A DNA stretch of 64,000 nucleotides from Tubiluchus corallicola (taxonomy: Eukaryota > Animalia > Priapulida), in the NCBI GenBank assembly GCA_030141605.1, contig JAQGDQ010000135.1, forward strand, positions 124,001 to 188,000, read 5' to 3'. Both the position numbers and the translations under genes were made by a program. Of this stretch, positions 25,075 through 35,446 are shown in pieces. The notes beneath the pieces are model-generated. The model worked only from the letters and a program-made list of their open reading frames with translations, searched no databases and was not told where the DNA came from. Every line of letters begins with the position of its first letter. The first letter of the stretch is position 1.

Positions 25075-25440
25075 AGCTTTGTAATTTGAGACAGCATTAT
25101 ATAGCAGTCTGCATCCTTGGGTTGTTATAACTTGAGACAGACTTTTACTCCTGCCTGCATCCTTGAGGTTGCTTACTGCAGTGCGAATGCAGCTTTATAA
25201 CTTGAGGTAGCAGCTTGATTTCACCCTCCATCCTTGATAGTGCTCATTGTGAAAGCAGCTTTGTAACTCGAGATAGCAGTATTACTGCAGCCTGCATCCT
25301 TGATGTTGTTCATTGTAGTGTGAATCCAGCTTTGTAGGCTGAGATGCAATTTCGTAATTTGAGATTGCATTTTATTACAACTGCATTATTGGATTTGTAC
25401 ATTCTAACGTGTACATTAGTTTTGTAATTAGAGTTGGCAT
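25075..25440. repeat. Degenerate ~65-70-bp minisatellite, about 5-6 units
   Basis: Recurrent GCAGCTTTGTAACTTGAGA...CTGCATCCTTGA...CATTGT blocks between the two egh copies. Confidence 0.8.
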
Positions 25441-26008
25441 TTATAGCCAACTCTCTGGACTTGCCCATTTGAGTTTAATGCTCACACTTATTTCTTCTAT
25501 TTTGTTCATTTTGTTCTTTATATGCTATCATTGTTTGGACTTCAATGACTTAGATGGGACACCCCCATCTAAATTCCTTACAATATAAATACTTAAATAC
25601 ATTTACGTCCATCTGTTTACGAAACACAAGATTCGACTTCTAGTACTAAGCGGAACTTTTTTTAAATAATAGAGTAAGACTAGCAGGTAACTTTCTCAAT
25701 GCATGCATTACATTTATGTATTATGACTATTATTCACTATGTGTACTTATAAAAATATTATTAATTATAAACGTTGCAGTGAAAAAACTTAGGTTCTAGA
25801 GGTACATGTCTATGCAAATATTATGCGCATAGAAGGCACATAAAAGTGATTAAAAAATCCAAACTATCAGAAAAAATGATTATGATACATCTGCTATTAT
25901 TTATAGCAAGTTTTGTCCAGGTGACCAGAGCAATTTTCAGATATAAGCAAAACGCTACCTGCTGGCATTACTTTGAATAGGCCAAAATGAAGCTTAAACA
26001 TTGCCTGA

Positions 26009-27388
26009 TTAGACAACAATAAGAGGTCTTTCGTCCTTCTTTACTACATAAAATGTATACTTGTTTCCAAAAAGCCCCCAAATGACTGCTGTGTTTTCTA
26101 TCATGGCATTAAATGGTATCGTACAAAGTGCACCTAAGCAAAACAAAATGAACTTGCACAATCCAATGCGATAGACACTAAACGACTTAATAACACCAAA
26201 CATGTACATGTAGACACTCATGCCTCCAGCGAAACCGCAAAGAATATCAAAAACTTGATGAATTGGTATAGGAAAGTAAAGATTCAATAGCCAATTGAAT
26301 GACACAAATGGTATGGACATCCACACACACAGTGCAAAAGCTAGGCAAAATTTGTTCTGCCAAGGAATTTCCCGATTGTGGACAACTAGGAAAATTCCCT
26401 GTATCCAACGCTTCCTCTGCTGAAGAAAATCCCAAATACTAAATGGGCTCTTTTCCCACATTTCACCTTCAATGAAATCAAATGAGTATCCATCCCGATA
26501 AGCCATTAGAGCAAAGAAACTATCTTCAGCAACAGAGCCATCACTGCCATGATCATAGGTAACTTTTCGCTCTGCACCTGCCCGGGTTACAACATAAGAA
26601 CCTTTCCAGCCGAACAATGGTTTATGAAATACGCGAAATTGAAATCTTAACTTCCCCATATCTGTGGCAACACGATACATGTCAGACAAGGTAGTTAGCC
26701 AATTCACAACATTCTCGTTAGCATAAGTGATTAATCCTTGTCCAAAATCATGCTTCCCATCTGTGACAAAGTTGATAATACCTCTGACCGAATTATCTGT
26801 AAGCAATGTCTCTTCGTCTAAATGCACTATCCAGTCATTATCACTTAGAATGTAAACTTCATCTTCTAAACAATACTGCAGAGCACGAGCCTTAAATTTA
26901 GCTCCAGTCTTTGTAGTGTATGTACTTGGTACAACAATTTCACGCACAAGTGCATTATTTGGTAGGTTTAATGCTTTATCTGTAACAACTTCAAAAAGAA
27001 AATTTCCTACACCTACATCTAAACAGGTGTTTATATTTCGAGTTAAATTACCTTTCACCAAGTCAGGATAATCGCCCTTAGTCACTACACGCACACAAAT
27101 AAGTGGAGCAAGTAATGGTGAATTTTTTAACTGAGGCTTTTCAGGAAATGCATTATAAAATACCAGTCCCAAAAATTCAAGAACGCACAATGGTAGTGGC
27201 AGTACGCATAGAAATCGGACAGCGTACAACATAACTGTTAATATTACACCATAATTTTGTATAGGGTCAACATCATCGAACCTTCTGCGACCCAATCGTA
27301 TGCCACCAGCTATAATGTTGAATATAACGATGCATGTTATACAGGCAAAACTATGCAGCAAGTGTTTGGTTCTGCTTCTGAGTGCCAT
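26009..27388 (-). CDS. egh: Beta-1,4-mannosyltransferase egghead/bre-3, paralog B, 459 aa, single coding exon
   Basis: Same motifs as paralog A; gap-free alignment with about 78 differences in 459 aa by hand count (about 83% identity); intact ORF. Confidence 0.97.
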   Translation of the reverse strand: MALRSRTKHLLHSFACITCIVIFNIIAGGIRLGRRRFDDVDPIQNYGVILTVMLYAVRFLCVLPLPLCVLEFLGLVFYNAFPEKPQLKNSPLLAPLICVRVVTKGDYPDLVKGNLTRNINTCLDVGVGNFLFEVVTDKALNLPNNALVREIVVPSTYTTKTGAKFKARALQYCLEDEVYILSDNDWIVHLDEETLLTDNSVRGIINFVTDGKHDFGQGLITYANENVVNWLTTLSDMYRVATDMGKLRFQFRVFHKPLFGWKGSYVVTRAGAERKVTYDHGSDGSVAEDSFFALMAYRDGYSFDFIEGEMWEKSPFSIWDFLQQRKRWIQGIFLVVHNREIPWQNKFCLAFALCVWMSIPFVSFNWLLNLYFPIPIHQVFDILCGFAGGMSVYMYMFGVIKSFSVYRIGLCKFILFCLGALCTIPFNAMIENTAVIWGLFGNKYTFYVVKKDERPLIVV

Positions 27389-27923
27389 TATTTAATGGCT
27401 TTTATATGAGGCAACTACAATGTCACAAGCAAATCTGAAAGTACATGTAAACATAAAGAATCATATTATAAGTCAAACCTGTAAAACAAAAAATAATGTT
27501 ATTATGTGTATATGGAAAATTTTCAGCATCCAGAATTTAAGTATAGCTTTGTCATCAAAAGATAAGAGTGCTTTTTACATGTTGTCTACAAGATCATCAC
27601 TACCACAATAGTTCAATTTACTACCACATCTAAATTGCACAAAAGAATGTATAAATAATGGCAATCAAAATTTATCCAACTGTAGTAATAAGCTTTTGCT
27701 GGAAATAAAATGTTTCTGATTGAAATGAGGAAGAATTATATACCCCTGCACAACAATATCCTAGTTAGAATACTTAAATATACTTATATTACCTTAAATT
27801 ATACTTAACTATTAAATTTCAGTTTGAAAATAACATTTTGTAATAATTCTGGGTAACAATAAATAAGGAGGGAGAATAATGAGGTAGATCATGGTATGTA
27901 ACTTTAAGCAAACTTGAACTCAC

Positions 27924-28119
27924 TGTGCTCTCAATGATTCGTGAAATGGGATTCTCACAATTAGATCGTGAATGTATTATTAAACGAGCGTTTCAAGCCA
28001 ATTCCAACAACTGCGATTCTCTTATTCACAAAAGGAGGAGGTGCAGCCTATTAATACTGTGTAGAGCTGTAGTTGGAGTAGTCACCGCAACCAGCTTAAA
28101 CCACTCAGTGCACATTTAT
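27924..28119 (-). other. Candidate non-coding 5' UTR exon of egh
   Basis: Acceptor TTTACAG before 28119 and consensus donor GTGAGT after 27924; higher GC than flanks; lies upstream of the unpaired acceptor at 27435. Inference only. Confidence 0.35.
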
Positions 28120-31100
28120 CTGTAAATTATAAATGATTTTCTGATGCTTCACTCTGCAATAAAATATTAATTGGCAACTGTTTGGCCATAATAAATTTAT
28201 CAAACTTCAGTTTCTAAGCAGATGAGTGCAAGATGAGGTTGATCAAGATTGTAGAATCAACATACTAGTAGTTATGCACTTCAAAGCTTTTAGTAGACTG
28301 TAATGTGTCCGTGGTCTTCAAATTTTAAAAAACCCAACCTTCATATTCGAGAATCACTAACTGGCATCAGTCACAAGTACAATGGTACATAAATGAAATA
28401 TAATCATAAAGTAGAATAGGTACGTGGGTGTTTCAAAAATTCCATTCTAATGCTTTGCTTAATAGAAGCTATCCAATCATAGACAATCGATGATTATTTA
28501 AATATTTTATTAAATAATGTTATGAATAGTTAATAAATGTTATAAATAGTTAATGTTATGAATACAGCTGAAGGAAAAACAAGTAAAAAGCTGGCCATCA
28601 AAGGCAAGTTTACTAAGTTAGCTAACTTCATGCTATACCGACTATGAACAATTCCTAGGTTATGATTTGGTCTAAATTTGTATGTTTTTATCAGCTTTTC
28701 CTCTCTCAGCAAAACTACCTATCGTGTAAAAACATAACAAGATGAACAACAAATTCATTTCTTGAAGGGACGGCCAATGGCACAGGCACGCTCTTTTGTA
28801 GACCACAGTTTATATTTAATAACGGTGCACACTTATAATGACATCATAATGCACAAATTTAAATTGATCAAACAATTCAACTATCAAACTTTCAAAAGCA
28901 CTCAGAAATTTACACACAGACCACAAGTTTTTCAAAAGTACTCACTAAATTACACAGACCACAAGTATCAGAACATGGCTTACACCATGACTGCTAGATC
29001 GTAAACTCTCACTGGTAACCGAGTACACAATACTAATGTTTGGAGCTGCGAATGTCGATGACGTGGTATTCAAGCTTAATCAATGTACACCACTATTAAT
29101 GATTGCCACAGGTGAGCATATACCTGCTGAAGGCAAGTTTCAATCAATAAAGAACTAGAATTATTCTTACTAATTATTTCAGTTACGTACAGCTTTGAGT
29201 AAGACATCAGCTTATTTGTATGATAATAAAACTGAAGTAATGATACAACTATTGTAATTGATCATGAGTAATTCATAATACTTAAGATATTTGATTGGTT
29301 GTAGTAATAATGAGGTAATGGAATGCTGCAATGGCACTACAGATTAATGTACAGTAGGACACAAAGGCATTAAGGTAGTTGTGGCCTGAAAACTTATGGA
29401 TTGTTTTCCAGGTAAAATTAATGCCACATTTTTGGATGTTTACGGCGAAGTATCCGTAAAGTCTACAGTCATACAGAAATGTACCAACAAATAGTGGAAT
29501 TTGTCAAGTTCATGTAGTTGCCAAATTATGACTGAATCTGACATAACGCACGCGTACGTGCATGCGTGCGTGCGCGTGTGTATCTTGTAAGACTCTGTAG
29601 TATCAATCTGCATATGCAAAAAACGGTACCATTTTTTTTATAATGAAAGTAATTTCTCAGTCCAATGCTTAAACCTTATAAGCCAGATTTAACCAAAATT
29701 CAATATACACATACATACATCCATGCTTCCTCTTCGTGAGGAACTTTGCCAGATGGTAGAAATACCGCATTTTCCATTAGTGTGAAGTATGCTTGCAGAA
29801 TTCAGTCTTAAATTTAACTATTCAATTACTTCTTTCTTATTTAACGAACAACAATTAACACATTTCAGCATAAAATTCTATGATGCAATCTCTCTTTTAA
29901 CAGACTGACGCTTTTATGTTTTTTAATGCAACATCGATGGCTACATAAAAAGTAAAATAACGCACGCATATATTTATTTTATATATACATATTTTCAGAT
30001 TTGTTTTGAAGTGGTTAGCAGAACTTTACTAAAAAAACAAACATGTCTAACATTACAGTGACTAACATTATTAATTTTACTTTGTATGTGAGAAATATGG
30101 CAAATATAACTTAATTTAGAATGGTTATACAGAATAAAGCTTGCAAAGTAGCTGTAGTTATTTGGATGCGTGGAAAAAAAAACCCAAGTGGTTTCACTGT
30201 GAAATGAACTTTCTTGCTGCACGGGATTTCGAAAAGTCGGAAATTTTCAGAAAATGTTCTGATTTTCTTACAGCAATTCTGTGCATCATTTTTCCTTGTG
30301 AAATGGGCTTTATGCAGACAAAACGAGGTTGCTGACATGAAAATGAAAACAAAAAAGTATAAAAAGCAAAAATTTATTAGTGGGTTTCTTGCACAGTGTG
30401 GCAAGTTAATGGGGACCATAAAAATAGTTATACAATGTTGGTACTACTGCACATGTGGATCAGCAACTATTATAAAGCAAATACAGTGTCCTATTAAATT
30501 TTAATGTTTTCTCAAATATGCAATTTAAATGTTAAACTTTCTCAAACTGTGCCGAAAATTGGGGTTTCCTACTGCAGAAAATGCTCATATTTTAGAGCAG
30601 GTAAAGTCCTAGATGTATTTACGCTCAGTTTATTCACCACTCAACGATCAAAAAAAAATTTCTTTGACACTCGACTCCAAAGTCAAACATTTATGCTTTC
30701 ATAACAGAGTACTGAGATCAGTTAAGTAAACATCACCTAACATATTCTTTGTTAACTTGCCAAAAATAGATTAGATTACATTTTTCTTTGCAGTGTTTGT
30801 TTGTTACCACGTTAGTTTACACTGAACTGAAACGCTATAAAGCGATTGCCACTCATGGTGTATCAAGGCATTAAAGGGTGGATAAACGGTGTACCCACAA
30901 AAAGTTACTAACAGTAATTTACAATATAGACGAATATTTATGCAAAATTATTCAACAGCAAAACTATCTGTACTCAGGTAAATTTACAGAATTAGAATTT
31001 TTATGAAAATTTGCAGAAATAATTACTGCAAGTAAAAAAACTTCACATATTGCTTTGAAATCAAATGCTGCAGCACTTGCACTTGTTAACGTTTCTTACC

Positions 31101-31887
31101 AAATATATGTCATATATTTGCCAAGTAATTTGAAGTGCAGATAAGTGGTAAAGACGTTTGGCCATATAATTTACAAAAATTGACTAATATACTAAAAAGT
31201 TAGTTAAAAGGTTCGCTCTCCTGTAAATGCAGCATAGATGATGAGACGAATGTTTCTAGGTAAGACGCTAATTCAGGATACATTGGCTTTAGCATGAGTT
31301 TCCAAGCAGATTCCACCATTTCAATAAACTGTTTTGGGTTTGTGTTAAGCATGAATGTTGTGCCTGACAGGATGACGCATATTCTAACACTGTATGCACG
31401 AGATGGTAAATGTACACATTTGGTGATAAAATCATTGAGTGGACCAATCATAATGTTTTGAGTGACCGGTTATGGCAAACTGCCAGAATATGTCATTCTG
31501 AAAATAGCAAAATACGCTCGCATTCTACAAATGAATATTTACTCGTGGTCAAAGTGTACTAGGCTTGCTTTCATAAAGGGGCTGTAAACACACAGTACAT
31601 GATGTTAGAGTCATCACTGTTTGAATACACCCATATGCATCTAAACAGTCTATGAATGATTAATCGAACCAGGAACTGACTATCAATTCTGGAGGATGTA
31701 AAGCTGATTTGAAAAGTACAGCATATTGAGAACTTGAAGTAAATTATGTTACAATGAATATAATACAAAATTCCACACTTTGAGGAAAAAAGTTAATAGA
31801 GCCTTGGTAAAAAATCATTAGATTGCCAATTTACCACAGATTTCAGTAGTTATTACAGTTTTTGTGACATTTATACAAGTCACTCTG

Positions 31888-32557
31888 TAGGGCCTAACAC
31901 TTTGCCACACCACAGAAAAGTTTAAAGCACCTAGGTTACAATGTGATACATACCATGACACTAACCACAGGATACACCTGAGTCAATGTTTACAGGTTTT
32001 ATAAAAAAACTAGATGAAGTTGTTGATAATAAATGCTAAACATGTTTATCAATCAACAGTTTTAGGATTGCTAAATGCTGTAATAATTTGACAAACTATA
32101 TGATTTTTACTTAATGACATGTGTAATGTGCACAGGTTATTATTTGCGTCATAAGACACCAGAAAGCAAAATATATCAATGCTTTAGATTAAAAGTTGCC
32201 TGCACAGTTTCTGGTTCACATTTGCATTTTACAAGTTTAAACTACAACAGTGTAAATACCTTGCATTTTTCAACCAGCTGTTAGTAATACCTGTGTCAAG
32301 GCAATTATTGCTCACTGCAGTAATTGAGAGGTTTCTAGTCTACAGTACGTTCCACAGCTGCAGCTTGAATTATTTGAAATTGTCTATATCAGCATAGGGT
32401 CCTTTCCCAGTACTTAACCTATATTGCCCCATTTTCAGCATAAAACCTGGCTTAAAACACAAATTAGAATAATGGAAACTGACATTAATTATCGGTTTTT
32501 ACCATTCGTTATCATCATCATCAAGTAGTAAGAGCTCAACATTATTTAACAGGCCTA
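31888..32557 (+). mobile_element. hAT-like non-autonomous repeat, copy 1 (homologous to 42524-43150)
   Basis: About 400 bp of clear similarity to about 42620-43045 (e.g. AACTAGATGAAG..TGATAATAAATGCTA, CACCAGAAA, AAAAGTTGC, CAGCTGCAGCTTGAATTA); TAGGGCCT and AGGCCTA ends. Confidence 0.7.
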
Positions 32558-32559
32558 AA

Positions 32560-33520
32560 TAAGTTAGTCAAGAACGAATATAAGAGTAGTTTGCCCACCT
32601 CAAATGTGCTCAAATGTTAGTATGTTCTGAATCTGAATGTAGATACTGGAGTATTCCTTTAGGAATGTTATTGCAGCATGCATGATTTGCAACTATACAA
32701 CATTATCTAGTGTACATTTATATGATTCCTGTCCAATATCATTCCAGACTTTTGCACTGCTTTTCTAAACTTGACTGTGCCTGAGATTTGCACAATATGT
32801 GAAAGTAGATTATTCCAGTGGATGATTGTATGTGGAGCAATTATGATCTCCCTTTGTTGCTCTGGTAAATATTAATGATATATATATATTAATAAATAAC
32901 ATTAAATGTCTACATGGTGGTAGATTTGGTTAACCAAATGCTGTTCTGCATGTCGCTTGGCCGTTCGAGAGAATCCAGTATAGATGTTATGTTAGTATGA
33001 TATACATTATGCACAAATCTTGCCGACCTACATTCCACTCCTTCAAGCTACAAAATGTTATTGCTTGCGTATAGGCCCAAAAACTGAAAAAGCATATTTT
33101 AATTTTGATGATAAAAATGCCTGGCCTCGTAGCCAGATTCTTTGATAGCTTTGGGCAATACTTGAATTTTTGCAAAGAATGCCCAACAAGTCTGTACCTT
33201 TACTTGCTACTTTATGAACATGTGAACTCCACTTTAACTTCAATTTAAATCTGTACTACTTAAAAATTGAAAGGTTTATCAACTAGAACATACTGGTGGT
33301 TCATAACATTGGGATGAGCATGAGAAAAACGTATGATGTCACAACATTAAAATGCATTAATCAGTCCTGCCCCCACTCAGGTAATAATAACTAATACAAT
33401 TAAGTCTTTTTGTAGAGCAAAACAGTCATTATAAGAGTTGATAGTAATAAGAAGATACATAACACACTCGTCAGCAAAAAGTCTTCTCAGTTAGGGAAAC
33501 TGAGATTTTGGCAGTAAGAT
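32560..33520 (-). mobile_element. Degenerate CR1/L2-type LINE fragment (RT C-terminal part)
   Basis: Minus-strand RLFADEC (LFADD motif, about 33465-33483) and LKWSSHVHKVASKGTDLLGIL, typical of CR1-group ORF2; many disablements. Boundaries approximate. Confidence 0.65.
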
Positions 33521-34388
33521 CTTTTATCATGACCAATGGACCATGATAGCTTGGACCAATCTCACCAAATCAGAAATAGATAAATTAGAAAGCATACAAA
33601 AACAAGCACTAGCAAAAATTTTATGTCAAAAAGTACGCCATATTGGAGCATGTTAAGTGAAACAAAAACCTGGCCAATGATTTGTAGGGTAGACTATGAA
33701 AAAATGAATGTATTATCATTTTAATGAACTCAAACAATGAAAGAATGGCAAAACAAAATCTAAAAGTGCAAATAAATAATAACTTTAATAAATGTTGGTA
33801 TTCAGAAATCAAACACATCATGAATAAATATAATATTGATACAAATACAGTTGATATAAACTACAGTATATGAACTACAGTAAAGGGAAGTTGATGTAAA
33901 AGATAATTGGTGTGATTTGTAAAACAGGTTGATCGTGTTGTTGATCTCGTAAACAGACACTTTTTATTGATGTCGGTTTGCTCACCACTGGTGGTGAAGA
34001 GGATCGAGCGTATCCACAGTATGACCGTCAAAACTTACTATTACTTACTACTAATACTAGTAAGTACTATACTTACTAGTGATCCCAATAACAAAATATA
34101 CATTTTATAATAAAAATAATTATTAAACGAGAACTGCTTCTAAAATATAAAACAATTTGATGAGTAATAGAAGTGCACTAGGTGCAGCACCTTAGCATTA
34201 CAAATTATAATTATTTAATACTGTACGGTCAGCATACCTGGTTACTACAATTCTTTACTGTATACTGTTGTCAGAAAAATATGTATCGGCGAATTTCCAT
34301 CTCGCCGCAGAATGCCTCATTTTTTGCAGAACTAAAGTACAACTAACTACACAGAAAAAAGTCCCACAAAAACCGGCAAATTTAATAC

Positions 34389-34530
34389 CTGCTAAAAGGA
34401 TGTTGCTACTTGTGAGGGTGTGAACTTGCCACCAATGAGACTCACAAGCGTGTTTTGCTTAAAAGGACAAAGGGGAAAAAGTTAATGGTACCAGACTACT
34501 TCGTGTAATGGTTTTGCCATCTAGCGACAA
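34389..34530 (-). promoter_or_regulatory. Candidate promoter and first non-coding exon for the egh locus, with CTCF-like motif
   Basis: CGCTAGATGGC (minus strand, about 34516-34526) resembles the CTCF core motif; donor-like CAG|GTATTA at 34388 and TT|GTGAGT near 34445; local CpG enrichment just beyond the C2CD3 3' end. Confidence 0.3.
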
Positions 34531-35150
34531 AATGCATAATCTATGTGATTGCTTCTTGCAGAACTTTGCACTCTTCTGAAGTTCTGGGAAGCATAGTGTG
34601 GACTCTTGGAAAAATGATCGGTTGTCACAATCCATTTAATTACAAAACTAATAATTTCATTAATTAACATGCCAAATTTTGCCGTCAATTTCAATCAGCC
34701 TTATTAATTCGAACAGGTCCAGAAAAAGTTGATTTTTGGATTTATTCACCTTACTAAACAGATTAGTCTGTAAGGTGCAATAAATATTCAAATTTCATTT
34801 CACTAAACGTCAACAGTCTAATTTGGCATTTTCATTTTTGCATGTTCCACTGAAAATTTCAAAAATGTAAGGTCTGACCCTATTGTTGTGTCATCCATTG
34901 TTTTTTGGGTATTTTCTGCATGATGTGGTTCTTGTTGACTTGTACTAATCACTGATGGAAATGTCTAATAGCATGTCATGTTATATTCATAGGCTGTACA
35001 AAGTTGGGTGCAAATTTGCAGAATGTATACTGGTTTCTTGTTAATTAATTATGTTTTCAGAGCTTTCAAATATCAGCTTCGAAGACAATTAACTTTAACA
35101 ATGATTTCTATAATAAAAATAAACAAAGAAATAAAGTTTGATCAAGGATA

Positions 35151-35156
35151 TTTATT
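35151..35156 (-). terminator. Candidate polyadenylation signal (AATAAA) of C2CD3
   Basis: AATAAA on the minus strand about 290 nt downstream of the stop codon at 35447. Confidence 0.45.
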
Positions 35157-35446
35157 GCAAAATATAAAGTTTATAAATAAACATTATTTACAGCTACTAG
35201 TAGTAGATTAATGATGTAATGAGGATCTTTCAATTAGAGGCTGACATTTGCAGCAGCAACACAATTAAATCAGTGATTTCTACATAAATACTGTACAAAA
35301 AATATTATTTACAAACAAGTAATTTCGTTTATAATTTTTCAATACTCATTCATTTTATATAATGTCAATACATGTATGCAAAAAGAATAAAATTACAAGT
35401 AAGTTTTCTTATGTACAAAAAAATGAACCTACAAAAAGAAAATATT

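Noticed and set aside
21980-27388. Intronless egh ORFs as retrocopies or bacterial horizontal transfer
   Set aside because: The proteins are colinear with animal Egh, have splice acceptors in their 5' UTRs and show no poly(A) or TSD relics; lack of coding introns alone is not evidence.
31200-31451. 83-aa minus-strand ORF behind an acceptor-like TTTTCAG, containing GTATCCTG
   Set aside because: No recognisable homology, no in-frame partner exons and an imperfect U12 motif; at most UTR or uORF sequence.
33585-33850. Plus-strand LESIQKQAL...WYSEIK LINE-like remnant
   Set aside because: Too short and degenerate to classify with confidence.
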